Shown here piece by piece: positions 18,409 to 28,205 of a stretch of 64,000 nt of DNA; the first letter of the stretch is position 1; each line of letters starts with the position of its first letter. The DNA is from Candidatus Pacebacteria bacterium UBA1364 (GTDB taxonomy: Bacteria; Patescibacteriota; Microgenomatia; UBA1400; PJMF01). Location: NCBI GenBank assembly GCA_002306345.1, contig DBRQ01000009.1, forward strand, positions 85,197 through 149,196. The letters run 5' to 3'. Below the pieces are notes generated by a model. It was given only the letters and a program-made list of their open reading frames with translations. It did no database searches and was not told the DNA's origin. Both the position numbers and the translations under genes were made by a program.

Positions 18409-19614
18409 ATGCATATGTCTAAGAAAAATCTAATAGTGAGCCTTTTGTTATATATTATTAGCGCTGGCTTATCATTTGCTGTTTTTTCTTACTCTGCCAA
18501 GGATTCTTTAGCTAGTAATGATCCAAAGGCAACACCAACACAGGATTCAGAACAAACATTGCTTGGCAGTTTATTAACGATTGATCCTAATGAACCAAAA
18601 GATCAAGCTTGCCCGCTAAATGGGGCATATTACACGCTGACAGAAAAAAATGCTTGGGAGCAACGTCGTCCACTTTACGTTATGATTGAAAATACTCCAG
18701 ACTCTCGTCCTCAATCTGGTTTAAGTCGAGCAGATGTGGTTTTTGAAGCCGTGGCTGAGGGCGGAGTGACCCGCTTTGGTGCTTTATTTTATTGTGCTGC
18801 CCAATATCAAGATTTAACTTTAGCACCAGTGCGTTCTGCCAGATCATATTTTGTTGATTGGGCTTCTGGTTTTAATTTGCCGATGTACGTTCATGTTGGA
18901 GGTGCAAACTTAGCTGGACCGGCTGACGCATTAGCGCAAATTCGTGAATATGGTTGGGAGGGAGAAAACGATATAAATCAATTTTCGGTCGGTTATCCTA
19001 CTTTTGTGCGTAATTATAACCGTATTCCTGGCAAAGAAATTGCCACAGAACACACTATGGAAACTACAACTGAAGGATTGTGGAAAGTGGCTGCAGACAG
19101 AGGTTGGACTGGCACGACGCCGGAAAGAACAGTGGCGCGTAAAACTATTCCTGCTGCTAGTTGGTTGAGTGCCTATGAAGGTTGGACTTTTGAAGATGAA
19201 CAAGCCGCGACTGGGACTACGAGTAAGATTGCTTACGATTTTTGGAGTGGCTACAACGAATATTCAGTTGAATGGAATTATGACTTAAGCAGTGATTCAT
19301 ATAAAAGGAGCAATGGAGGTGAAATACAGTTTGATTTAAACAATAACGAGCAGTTAGCTAGTAAAAATGTTGTCATTTTGTTTACTACTGAAAAAGGACC
19401 TATTGATGAAAAAAAACACATGTTATACACCACTACGGGTCGAGGGAAAGCTCTTATTTTTAAGCATGGTCAAACCCCGATTGAAGCCAATTGGGTGAAG
19501 GAGGATCGTGAAGCTGAATTAAAGTTTGTTGATTTACGTGGTAAACCAGTAGCATTGGCCAGAGGTCAAGTATGGATCTCTGTTTTAGCTACGAATTCGG
19601 CAGTGAATTATTAG
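18409..19614 (+). CDS. DUF3048 (YerB-like) secreted/lipoprotein-like protein
   Basis: N-terminal TM/signal segment and the motif NTPDSRPQSGLSRADVVFEAVAEGGVTRF, which I recall as typical of DUF3048. Confidence 0.75.
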   Translation: MHMSKKNLIVSLLLYIISAGLSFAVFSYSAKDSLASNDPKATPTQDSEQTLLGSLLTIDPNEPKDQACPLNGAYYTLTEKNAWEQRRPLYVMIENTPDSRPQSGLSRADVVFEAVAEGGVTRFGALFYCAAQYQDLTLAPVRSARSYFVDWASGFNLPMYVHVGGANLAGPADALAQIREYGWEGENDINQFSVGYPTFVRNYNRIPGKEIATEHTMETTTEGLWKVAADRGWTGTTPERTVARKTIPAASWLSAYEGWTFEDEQAATGTTSKIAYDFWSGYNEYSVEWNYDLSSDSYKRSNGGEIQFDLNNNEQLASKNVVILFTTEKGPIDEKKHMLYTTTGRGKALIFKHGQTPIEANWVKEDREAELKFVDLRGKPVALARGQVWISVLATNSAVNY

Positions 19615-19637
19615 AATTTAGTGTTTTACAAATTAAG

Positions 19638-19672
19638 AGCTGACGAGCGATTTTAGCTTGCCAGCTTTTTTT
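19638..19672 (+). terminator. Weak intrinsic-terminator-like hairpin plus T7
   Basis: AGCTG(19638-42)/CAGCT(19662-66) stem enclosing a small inner helix, followed by TTTTTTT. The loop is long, so support is only moderate. Confidence 0.4.
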
Positions 19673-19746
19673 GCTAAGTTGCTTTTTTGTTATTTTCTGT
19701 ATAAGATTAAAATTGAGTACAAATTGATTTCAATTAAGGAGTAATT

Positions 19747-20346
19747 ATGGCAGACTTAAGTGATTTAGTAGTTTCTAAAGTTAGAGTTAAAGTGTTAGAG
19801 CTTTTTTTTGCAAAGCCAAACGAAATGCTTTACGTGCGAGAAATTACACGACTAGTCAAAGAGGAAATTAATGCGGTTCGTCGCGAATTAGATAGAATGC
19901 TGGAATGTGGATTATTAAAAAGTGAGCAGCGTAGTAATCGCCTTTATTATTTTCTTAATAAAAGATACTTATATTTTCAAGAATTGCAAAGAATTGTGAT
20001 GAAAACCACTGGCTTAGGTAAAAAAATTCGTAAATTTAGACGCAAATTGGGAGATATTAATTATGTTGTTTTTACTGGGGCTTTTGTGAATCAGGAAAAG
20101 CTGAATAAAGACGAACTAGATATTTTAGTTATTGGGGCGATAGTTTTACCAGAATTGGAGGCCCTAATTAAGGCTGAGGAAAAAACTTTTGGGCGGGAAA
20201 TTAATTACGCTGTTTTAGAAAATGAAGAATTTGAATTTCGTAAGGCTCGCCGTGATCCTTTCATTATGGAGGCGATGTATGGGGTAAGAGTTATGATCAT
20301 TGGTGATGAATTGGAATTTTGTCATCGTGAATTACCAACTATTTAA
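19747..20346 (+). CDS. Winged-helix (ArsR-like) DNA-binding protein with C-terminal uncharacterised domain
   Basis: 199 aa with an N-terminal wHTH pattern (VKVLELFF...YVREITRLVKEEINAVRRELDRMLECGLL). Confidence 0.65.
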   Translation: MADLSDLVVSKVRVKVLELFFAKPNEMLYVREITRLVKEEINAVRRELDRMLECGLLKSEQRSNRLYYFLNKRYLYFQELQRIVMKTTGLGKKIRKFRRKLGDINYVVFTGAFVNQEKLNKDELDILVIGAIVLPELEALIKAEEKTFGREINYAVLENEEFEFRKARRDPFIMEAMYGVRVMIIGDELEFCHRELPTI

Positions 20347-20404
20347 TCTGTTGTCTAATTGAGAATTTTTTGTTAGAGTGAGCTGTTTCTTGTACAAAAA
20401 TTTT

Positions 20405-21793
20405 ATGAAAAAGAAATCGTTAGCCAGATCTTTATTTTTGGTTTTTTTCTTGACAGCCATTGCAGCTTTTATAGCTTTGCCGGATAAAATTGGTAATTTT
20501 AAGAAGCCGCCCATAGATTTTTATTTTTTAGGCAACCATGTTTATAAAAATTATCAATTACGTAAAGGTTTAGATATTCAAGGAGGCATGCAAGTGACCT
20601 TAGCAGCGCAAATGGATGATATTGCCGCTGAAGATAGGGCAACTGCTTTAGAATCAGCTAGAGAAATTATTGCCAAAAGAATTGACCTTTATGGTATCAG
20701 CGAAGCTTCTATTCAAACTTCACAAAATGGTGACCAATATCGTTTAATTATTGAATTACCCGGTGTTTCTGATCAAAAGCAGGCCTTGGCCTTGATTGGT
20801 CAAACGGCGCAGCTTGAATTTAAGTTACAAAAAGAGTTAAGTGAGGAAGAAATTTCGCAAGCGACAATTTCTGCACAAGTTTGGCTAGACTCCTTTGAAT
20901 CTACTGGTTTAACTGGCAAACAATTAAAAAGATCTTTGGCGCAACTAAATCCACAAACAAGTAAACCAGAAATTTCCTTAGAAATGAATGCTGAAGGTAG
21001 AGACTTGTTTGCTAATGTGACCAAAAATAATGTCAACAAAGTTTTAGCGATTTTTATTGATGGCATGCCCATTATGACCCCAGTTATTTCTACTCCCATT
21101 CTTGATGGCAGAGCAGTGATTAGTGGTGATTTTACCGTTGAAGAAGCCAAAAAATTAGCTATTCAACTGAATGCGGGGGCTTTGCCAGTTGACATTCAAG
21201 TGCTGGAGCAAAAAACTATTGGGGCTAGTTTGGGTGATGAATCAATTCAAAAAAGTTTAGTCGCTGGTTTAGTGGGGCTTAGTTTAGTTTTACTTTTTAT
21301 GGTGCTTTATTATGGTAATTTAGGAGTAATTGCTGGAATTTCTTTACTGATCTACGCCATCCTCACGATAGCGATTTATAAAGTTTTGGGAGTAGTCTTA
21401 ACTTTGCCTGGGATTGCGGGTTTAATTTTAACTATTGGTATGGCAGTCGATTCAAATATTCTCATTTTTGAAAGAATGAAAGAAGAATTAAGGGTTAATC
21501 AACCTTATGAGCGCGCAATGGAGTTGGGTTTTGGGCGAGCTTGGGATAGTATTAAAGATGCCAACGTAGCTTCTATTTTTACAGCTTTAGTTTTAATTAA
21601 TCCTCTTAATTTTTCTTTTCTAAGTACTAGTGGCTCTGTGAAAGGTTTTGGTTTGACTTTTTTACTCGGTACTTTACTCAGTCTATTTACTGGAGTAGTG
21701 GTCAGTCGATTATTGTTGAGGGCCTGTTTGCCAATTTTAAGCAAACAAAATAATAAAATAAAGGATAAAAACCATGAATTTAATGAGATCTAA
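20405..21793 (+). CDS. secD: Protein translocase subunit SecD
   Basis: LGLDIQGG-type motif (GLDIQGGMQV), LEFK motif, and 6 TM with a large first periplasmic loop. ATG 20405 (MKKKSLARS) is preferred over the GTG at 20378. Confidence 0.9.
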   Translation: MKKKSLARSLFLVFFLTAIAAFIALPDKIGNFKKPPIDFYFLGNHVYKNYQLRKGLDIQGGMQVTLAAQMDDIAAEDRATALESAREIIAKRIDLYGISEASIQTSQNGDQYRLIIELPGVSDQKQALALIGQTAQLEFKLQKELSEEEISQATISAQVWLDSFESTGLTGKQLKRSLAQLNPQTSKPEISLEMNAEGRDLFANVTKNNVNKVLAIFIDGMPIMTPVISTPILDGRAVISGDFTVEEAKKLAIQLNAGALPVDIQVLEQKTIGASLGDESIQKSLVAGLVGLSLVLLFMVLYYGNLGVIAGISLLIYAILTIAIYKVLGVVLTLPGIAGLILTIGMAVDSNILIFERMKEELRVNQPYERAMELGFGRAWDSIKDANVASIFTALVLINPLNFSFLSTSGSVKGFGLTFLLGTLLSLFTGVVVSRLLLRACLPILSKQNNKIKDKNHEFNEI

Positions 21794-22664
21794 AAAAATC
21801 TACTTTTTGATCTCTGCGTTTTTTCTTGTGCCAGGCATGATTTCTTTGATTTTATTTGGTCTAAAGTTAGCCATTGATTTTACGGGTGGCTCATTGTTAG
21901 AGTTACATTTTTTAGATGAACAAAAATTTGCTAATTATTCTGATGAAAATTTGCAAAATAATTTAAGTGGTTTTTATGATGCCAGTGTGATTCAAACTGC
22001 TGGAGACAGAAAAATTATTATTAAAGGCAAAGAAATTGATAATCAAAAAAAAGATGAATTAGTCGATTGGCTAAGTCAAAATTATGGTCCAATTGAAGTT
22101 CTGCGTTTTGAGACAGTAGGACCAACTTTGGGAGCAGAATTACTGACCAAAACTTTAACTGCAATTTTACTTGTCGCCTCAATTATTACTTTTTATGTTT
22201 GGAAGCAATTTGACGAGTTCAAATACGGCCTTTGTGCCGTTTTAGCCATGTTGCATGATTCACTAATTTTAATTGGCGCTTTCAGTCTTTTGGGTCATTT
22301 TTTTGGTGTAGAAGTTGATGCCTTATTTGTAACGGCTTTATTGACCACTTTGTCATTTTCTATACACGATACCATTGTAGTTTATGATCGGATTAGAGAG
22401 TTAAAACGTAAGCATGCACGCTTTTCTTTTGAACAAATTGCCAATGCGGCCGTTTTGGAAACTTTGGGCAGATCAATCAATAATTCTATGACGATCATTA
22501 TTATGCTTTTGGCGCTAGCTATTTTAGGAGGCAGTAGCATTCATTGGTTTGTGATTGCCTTATTAATTGGTTCAATTTCTGGAACCTATTCGAGTACTTT
22601 TACGGCTGTACCACTCCTTTTAGTGATTGATGAGTGGACACAAAAAAAAGGCAAAATCAAGTAA
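21774..22664 (+). CDS. secF: Protein translocase subunit SecF
   Basis: DFTGGS motif, HDTIVVYDRIRE, and a 20-nt overlap with secD. Confidence 0.9.
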   Translation: MNLMRSKKIYFLISAFFLVPGMISLILFGLKLAIDFTGGSLLELHFLDEQKFANYSDENLQNNLSGFYDASVIQTAGDRKIIIKGKEIDNQKKDELVDWLSQNYGPIEVLRFETVGPTLGAELLTKTLTAILLVASIITFYVWKQFDEFKYGLCAVLAMLHDSLILIGAFSLLGHFFGVEVDALFVTALLTTLSFSIHDTIVVYDRIRELKRKHARFSFEQIANAAVLETLGRSINNSMTIIIMLLALAILGGSSIHWFVIALLIGSISGTYSSTFTAVPLLLVIDEWTQKKGKIK

Positions 22665-22689
22665 AAAATGAAGCAAAACTGGGTGGAAG

Positions 22690-24285
22690 TTAGCCAAGCA
22701 ATTTTTTGGCCTGCGCCAGTAAAAGTTCTTTTTGATTTAGACTTGGGTCTTCTAAAGTTTTTTCCAAGAGTTGATTCAAAATTTTTCCCAAAAGGGGACC
22801 GGGCTTAATAGCTAATGCTTGCATTAAATCATTACCATCAATCGCCAAATCATTGAGATCCATGGGTTGATTAAGTTGTTCAATAATCCTTTTTTTCATT
22901 TCTTCTAAACGCCAACTAGTTTTTTTAGCCCCACTGCCTAAGCGGTCTCCTTCACGCAAATCCAGAATGTCATCAATATTTTCCAAACCGACTTTGCGAA
23001 TAAAGCGTCTGATAGAGGCATCAGAGTAATTGGCTTGATAATTAAACATGTGATAACGTACGAGAATAAAAATTCTTTGCACATCTTTTTTGGATAAATG
23101 TAAGCGATTGGCAATTTTGCTAGCAATTCTGGAACCTAAAATATCATGATTATAAAAAGTGATTTCATCATTCTCTTCCTTGTAGGACAATGGTTTGCCA
23201 ATATCGTGGAGCAAAGCAGCTAAGCGTACAATTGGGTCTTGAGAGGGGCAATATCTTAATGAATCAATACTATGAGTCCAAACATCAGTGGTGTGGTGTC
23301 CTTTTTGCTGCATGCCTACACCTTGGTAAAGTTCTGGAATAATGTTTGGTAAAAGTCCTGTTTGATCAAGCAATTCTATACCTTTGGCTGGATTATCGCT
23401 TGATAAAATTTTTAACAGTTCATCTCTAATTCTTTCCACACTGATAAATTTTAATAAATCTTTATGATATTTAATGGCAAAATAAGTGTCAGTTTCGATG
23501 TCCATGTTTAATTGTACCGCCAAACGCACGGCTCGCAGCATGCGCAGTGCATCTTCACTAAATCTTTGATCAGCATTGCCGACGGTACGAATAATTCTTT
23601 TTTCAAGATCTTCTTGACCATGATGCAGATCAATTAATGTGTATTTTTCTTTGTCTATTACGTAAAAAGCTTGCAATTTTTTGTGAGTAAATATTTCTTG
23701 TAAGTAATTTTTATCGAGAGTAATAGCCAAGGCGTTAATAGTAAAATCCCTTCTTTGCAAATCCTCTGCTATGCTTTTGCGCAAAGTGACATTTTCTGGT
23801 CGGCGATGATCTAAATAATTTTCATCGCTGCGATAAGTAGTTATTTCAAAAGGAGGAATATAGGTAGAAGTATTTAAACTTTCTTTTATTGTTTTCTGGC
23901 TGAGACAAGCGGCTTTGTCTTTGAGCGAAGCGTGAATTTTTTTAGCATTTTTTAAATCAATAATGCGATTTTTTTGAATTTTTTTCTTTTGCACAGAATC
24001 AACAAAGCTTTTGGTTGGCAATTGATATTTTGTGGCTATTTCTTCTATTAGATTCTCATAGGTAATGCTGACAGTACCAAATTTATTTTCATAAAAACTA
24101 TCTCTAAAAACTGTTTGGATTTGAGAAGGAGAAGCATTTGTGGCGAAATCAAAATCTTTGACTTGTTCAGGCTCAAAATTCATTATTAAATCTCGAATTG
24201 CTCCACCAACCAAAAAACTTTCATAACCAGCTTCATTGAGGCGATGGAGAATATACAAAACTTCAAATGGTAAATTTAATGTCAT
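22690..24285 (-). CDS. cca: CCA-adding tRNA nucleotidyltransferase with C-terminal HD domain
   Basis: GGAIRD...DFDFAT, RRDFTINAL and ALLHDIGK (HD) motifs. At 531 aa it carries an insertion of about 75 aa in the head domain. Confidence 0.88.
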   Translation of the reverse strand: MTLNLPFEVLYILHRLNEAGYESFLVGGAIRDLIMNFEPEQVKDFDFATNASPSQIQTVFRDSFYENKFGTVSITYENLIEEIATKYQLPTKSFVDSVQKKKIQKNRIIDLKNAKKIHASLKDKAACLSQKTIKESLNTSTYIPPFEITTYRSDENYLDHRRPENVTLRKSIAEDLQRRDFTINALAITLDKNYLQEIFTHKKLQAFYVIDKEKYTLIDLHHGQEDLEKRIIRTVGNADQRFSEDALRMLRAVRLAVQLNMDIETDTYFAIKYHKDLLKFISVERIRDELLKILSSDNPAKGIELLDQTGLLPNIIPELYQGVGMQQKGHHTTDVWTHSIDSLRYCPSQDPIVRLAALLHDIGKPLSYKEENDEITFYNHDILGSRIASKIANRLHLSKKDVQRIFILVRYHMFNYQANYSDASIRRFIRKVGLENIDDILDLREGDRLGSGAKKTSWRLEEMKKRIIEQLNQPMDLNDLAIDGNDLMQALAIKPGPLLGKILNQLLEKTLEDPSLNQKELLLAQAKKLLG

Positions 24286-24303
24286 AGCCTTATTATAAGG
24301 CTA

Positions 24304-25953
24304 ATGAAATGGCATATTCAATCAACAAATACTCCTAAAAATTTACAAGAATTAAAAAAAATTCTTCTTCAAAACCGTAAAATTAAGGATGAAAAGAGTT
24401 TTTTTAAAGGGGTATCTCCATTTAAAATTTCGCTAAAAGAGTTAGATATCAGCGCAAGAGATTTAACAAAAATTAAAAAACGCTTAAAAAAAGCTAAAGA
24501 TAATCAAGAAAAAATTGTTATTTTTGGTGATTATGATGCAGATGGCATTAGTGCCACAGCTGTTTTATGGCAGGTTTTGTATGCTCAATCTTATAATGTT
24601 TTGCCATTTATTCCCAATCGTCTCAAACACGGTTATGGGTTGTCAATTAAAGCAATTAATGATCTTCTGCTTGAGCAAGCAGACGTCTCTTTAATTATTA
24701 CCGTTGATAATGGCATCGTTGCTCATGACACTTTAAAATTACTTAAGAAGCATAAGATTGATGTCATTATTACTGATCATCACCAAAAAGATGAAGAAAA
24801 ATTGGATGCTTTAGCTATTTTCCATTCGACTAAAATTTGCGGTTGTGCACTGGCTTGGTTTTTAGCGAGGGAATTAAGCAGCCAAAAAGAAAAACAATTA
24901 TTAACTGATTTATTGGCTTTGGTAGCAATTGCTACTGTGACTGATTTAATGCCTTTATTGATGGTTAATCGCTCTTTATTGATTTATGGTTTGGCAGTTT
25001 TGCGCACGAATCCTAGTCTTGGTCTTCAACATTTATTTGCTTCAGCCAAAATTGATCAAAGTAAAATTGATACTTACACCTTGGGTTTTCAAATTGGGCC
25101 GCGAATTAATGCGATGGGTCGTCTGGCTAATGGCATGGATGCTTTACGCCTGCTTTGTACCAAAAATAAAACTCAGGCGACTGAATTAAGTCACTTATTG
25201 CAAGTCACTAATGAAGATCGTCAAAATTTAACTTTTGATTTAACTCAAAGCGCTGAGGAAATAGTTGCGCAAGAAACAACTGAAAAAATTATTATTTTAA
25301 GTTCGGTCGATTATCATGAGGGCATTATTGGTTTAATGGCTGGCAAAATGACCGAGAAATATGCCAAACCCAGCATTGTAATTAGTGAGGGGCCAGAGGT
25401 TTCTAAAGCTTCAGCTAGGTCTTTGCCTGGTTTTAATATTACGGAATTTATTCGTTTTTTTAAAAAAGATTTATTGGAAGTGGGAGGTCATCCTTTGGCA
25501 GCCGGATTTGCTTTAGAGACAAAAAAAATTCCTTTAGTAAAAATAAAAATGCAAAAACAAGCGAAAATTTTATTGGCAAAGAAAAATTTAGAAAAAATTT
25601 TACAAGTGGAAAATGTTTTGCCAATAAAACTCCTAACTCTTGAAACGGTTGCACTTGTAGAGCAATTTGCGCCTTTTGGTTTAGCTAATCCCAAACCAGT
25701 TTTTGCTTTGCAAAATGCTACCCTTAAAAATTATAAATTGTTAGGTAGAGATGGAGAGCATCTCAAATTAATTGTTGCTTTTGCAGGTTCGAATCAGGAA
25801 TATGAAGTTTTAGCTTGGCGCCAAGCAGCGCTTGCCCAAAAGCTGATTTTAGGTACTAAACTAAATTTAGCAGTTTCATTAGACATTAACAGTTATCGTG
25901 GTAGCAATAGACTACAGTTGATTTTGAAAGATTTAAAACCGCAAGCTAACTAG
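24304..25953 (+). CDS. recJ: Single-stranded-DNA-specific exonuclease RecJ
   Basis: DHH family motifs: GDYDADGISA, VDNG, ITDHHQ, and a GGHPLAAG DHHA1 motif. Confidence 0.92.
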   Translation: MKWHIQSTNTPKNLQELKKILLQNRKIKDEKSFFKGVSPFKISLKELDISARDLTKIKKRLKKAKDNQEKIVIFGDYDADGISATAVLWQVLYAQSYNVLPFIPNRLKHGYGLSIKAINDLLLEQADVSLIITVDNGIVAHDTLKLLKKHKIDVIITDHHQKDEEKLDALAIFHSTKICGCALAWFLARELSSQKEKQLLTDLLALVAIATVTDLMPLLMVNRSLLIYGLAVLRTNPSLGLQHLFASAKIDQSKIDTYTLGFQIGPRINAMGRLANGMDALRLLCTKNKTQATELSHLLQVTNEDRQNLTFDLTQSAEEIVAQETTEKIIILSSVDYHEGIIGLMAGKMTEKYAKPSIVISEGPEVSKASARSLPGFNITEFIRFFKKDLLEVGGHPLAAGFALETKKIPLVKIKMQKQAKILLAKKNLEKILQVENVLPIKLLTLETVALVEQFAPFGLANPKPVFALQNATLKNYKLLGRDGEHLKLIVAFAGSNQEYEVLAWRQAALAQKLILGTKLNLAVSLDINSYRGSNRLQLILKDLKPQAN

Positions 25954-25965
25954 CTTGCGGTTTTT
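25939..25965. terminator. Bidirectional intrinsic terminator between convergent recJ and dsbA-like genes
   Basis: Perfect 9-bp stem CCGCAAGCT/AGCTTGCGG with a 4-nt loop, flanked by AAA upstream and TTTTT downstream. The recJ stop codon lies in the 3' arm next to the loop. Confidence 0.8.
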
Positions 25966-25980
25966 AGCTTTATTTGGAAT

Positions 25981-26865
25981 TTAAAGGTGTTTTTCTAACG
26001 TTGTTTCCATTGTTGCGAGAGGTGCTGCTCCAACAACAAGTTCATAACCAGCTTTTTTGCTAATAATAATAGTGCTTGGAGTACCACTTATACCGGCATT
26101 TGTACCACTAGCTTGAATAGCTTGGACTTTTTGAGTCATTTCTTTATTATCAAGACAAGTTTTCACTTTATCTTGATCAGCCCCAGCAGCAACAGCTAAA
26201 CTAAGTATGGTTTCTTCACTTACTACACCACTTTTTACATCTGCTCCGTAAATGGTTTGGTCAGCCATTTTTGCGTAAGTACTGTCAACAAATTTCCAAA
26301 AAGCGTCTTCTCCACTATAAACGCTTATACACTCTCCGGCCTCTGCAAGAGTTTGTGCGTTTGGGTGAAAGGTCAGCGGATAGTATCTATAAACCCAGGC
26401 AATTTGATCGCTGTATTTAGTCATCAAATCAAGCATAGTTGAATGAAAGGCGTTGCAATATGGGCATTCAAAATCTGAATATTCAATCAAAACCACTTCG
26501 GCATCTTTGTTACCACGAAAATGATCCGTTGTGGGGTCAAAAGCGGGAACACTCTCTAATTGTTTTTGTGCATTAGCAGTGGCAATTTCATCCGCAGTAG
26601 CGAGTTGATTGCCAACATTTCCCTCCTTAAGAATTTTGTTTTCTCTCCACAAGGAGCCACTTAAAAAGCCTAAAATAAAAGCCATAACGAGTAAAATAAT
26701 TAAAGAGAAATTAGCATTAACAAAATCACTAAAAACCTTAAAAGAAAACTTGCCTGCATTTTTTTTTGGTTCTTTCTTTAGTTCTTTCGTTGGTTCTTTA
26801 ATGATTTTTTTTACAGTTTCCTTTTTTTGCTTTGTGATTTTATTTTTTTTAATTTTTTTTGCCAT
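25981..26865 (-). CDS. DsbA-family thiol:disulfide oxidoreductase, membrane anchored
   Basis: CPYC active site in a thioredoxin fold, with a Lys-rich N-terminus plus TM helix. The ORF extends to 26997, but that would overlap the divergent prmC. ATG 26865 (MAKKIKK, preceded by AAAGGGG) is preferred, and 26895 is also possible. Confidence 0.8.
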   Translation of the reverse strand: MAKKIKKNKITKQKKETVKKIIKEPTKELKKEPKKNAGKFSFKVFSDFVNANFSLIILLVMAFILGFLSGSLWRENKILKEGNVGNQLATADEIATANAQKQLESVPAFDPTTDHFRGNKDAEVVLIEYSDFECPYCNAFHSTMLDLMTKYSDQIAWVYRYYPLTFHPNAQTLAEAGECISVYSGEDAFWKFVDSTYAKMADQTIYGADVKSGVVSEETILSLAVAAGADQDKVKTCLDNKEMTQKVQAIQASGTNAGISGTPSTIIISKKAGYELVVGAAPLATMETTLEKHL

Positions 26866-26967
26866 AAATTTGGTAACCCCTTTGCTTTTTCTCATATATA
26901 AATTATTAATCGTCAAATTTATACTACAATATGCCTCATTATAGGGAATTTTACAAGCAGAATTTCT

Positions 26968-27771
26968 ATGATACAAATTAAGAAGCGCAAAAGTCAATTA
27001 ACTGTTTATGAAAAGAACCAATTGCTTCAATACGGTTTTCAAGAAGTTGATTTGATTAATCAAGGAGAATTGCCCGTTGAGTATTTAACTGGTTTTGTCA
27101 ATTTTGCAAATCTTACGTTAAAAATTAAGCCAAATGTTTTAATTCCTAGAGTAGAGACCGAAGAATTGGTTAGTTTAATTATTGATTTTGCCTCTGATAA
27201 TTTAAAAACTATTAGGTATTTAGAAGTTGGCACAGGTAGTGGAGCTATTAGTTTGGCCTTTTTTACTTACCTTCTACAACACAAAAAGTTATCACTAAAA
27301 AAATTTATTTTAACTGATATTTCACCAACTGCTTTAACCTTAGCAAAAGAAAATTTTTCTAGATTATTTAAAGAAGAAATGTCTCATAAAGTGAAGTTTT
27401 TAGAAAGCAATTTGTTGGCAAAATTCTCTAATAAGCGGAAGAATCAACAGCAATTTAACGTGATTGTAGCTAATTTACCTTATATTCCTTCTGATCAAAT
27501 TAGTGCTTTAGACTGTAGTGTCAAAAATTATGAACCATGCTTGGCTTTAGATGGGGGCAGCACTGGTTTTGAATTGATTAACCAAATGCTTATACAAATT
27601 ACCGCTAAAAATTTATTGGCCAAAAACGGTAAAATTTTTTTAGAAGTTTATCCAACGCACAATTTATTATTTATTCAAACTTATTTTCCTAAAATTGCCC
27701 AAGAATTTTTAATTAAAGAAGTCCAAGATCAGTTTGCAAAGCAGCGATTTTTAATTTTACAGAGGCGTTAA
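26968..27771 (+). CDS. prmC: Release-factor glutamine N5-methyltransferase (PrmC/HemK)
   Basis: EVGTGSGAISL SAM-binding motif and NLPYIP (an NPPY variant). Confidence 0.85.
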   Translation: MIQIKKRKSQLTVYEKNQLLQYGFQEVDLINQGELPVEYLTGFVNFANLTLKIKPNVLIPRVETEELVSLIIDFASDNLKTIRYLEVGTGSGAISLAFFTYLLQHKKLSLKKFILTDISPTALTLAKENFSRLFKEEMSHKVKFLESNLLAKFSNKRKNQQQFNVIVANLPYIPSDQISALDCSVKNYEPCLALDGGSTGFELINQMLIQITAKNLLAKNGKIFLEVYPTHNLLFIQTYFPKIAQEFLIKEVQDQFAKQRFLILQRR

Positions 27772-27855
27772 GTATTAAGTATCAAAATAATAGACGGCAG
27801 CATTGTTTTTTTTGTTAAACCTTGATTATTAAATTTTTAGTTGCAGTAATAAAAA

Positions 27856-28116
27856 TTAATTACTTTTTTCTTTAATTTGAACACTATTGTTTTCTAAATC
27901 TTTAGATAAATGATCTATCAATCGTTTAGCTGAATCAAAAAATGGAATTGAAATGTAAGCCAACAGTGCCAAAAAAATGATGTTAAAAACCCAAGAGCCA
28001 AGCCCACGCGCAAAACCGGCTAAAAAATTTTTTTTAAAAATCGCCCAATTGTTCACATTATAAATATTATCGTGAATTTCTAAATTAATATTGCGATCTT
28101 TTAGTTTTTTAAACAT
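27856..28116 (-). CDS. Small hypothetical membrane protein
   Basis: 86 aa with one or two hydrophobic segments. Confidence 0.5.
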   Translation of the reverse strand: MFKKLKDRNINLEIHDNIYNVNNWAIFKKNFLAGFARGLGSWVFNIIFLALLAYISIPFFDSAKRLIDHLSKDLENNSVQIKEKSN

Positions 28117-28205
28117 TGTTTCATTCTATCTTTTTTAATTATTTTTCGCTACAATGCAATTCGTTTATGGCTATTTAAAATAGAAAATAGAAAGGTTTTT
28201 CTCAT

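Noticed and set aside
26609-26944. 111-aa plus-strand ORF antisense to the dsbA-like gene. Similar shadow ORFs occur at 45150-45533, 54385-54771, 20800-21150 and 5428-5712.
   Set aside because: These are Phe/Leu-rich mirror images of Lys-rich or AT-rich coding sequence on the opposite strand. Each lies entirely inside a well-supported gene.
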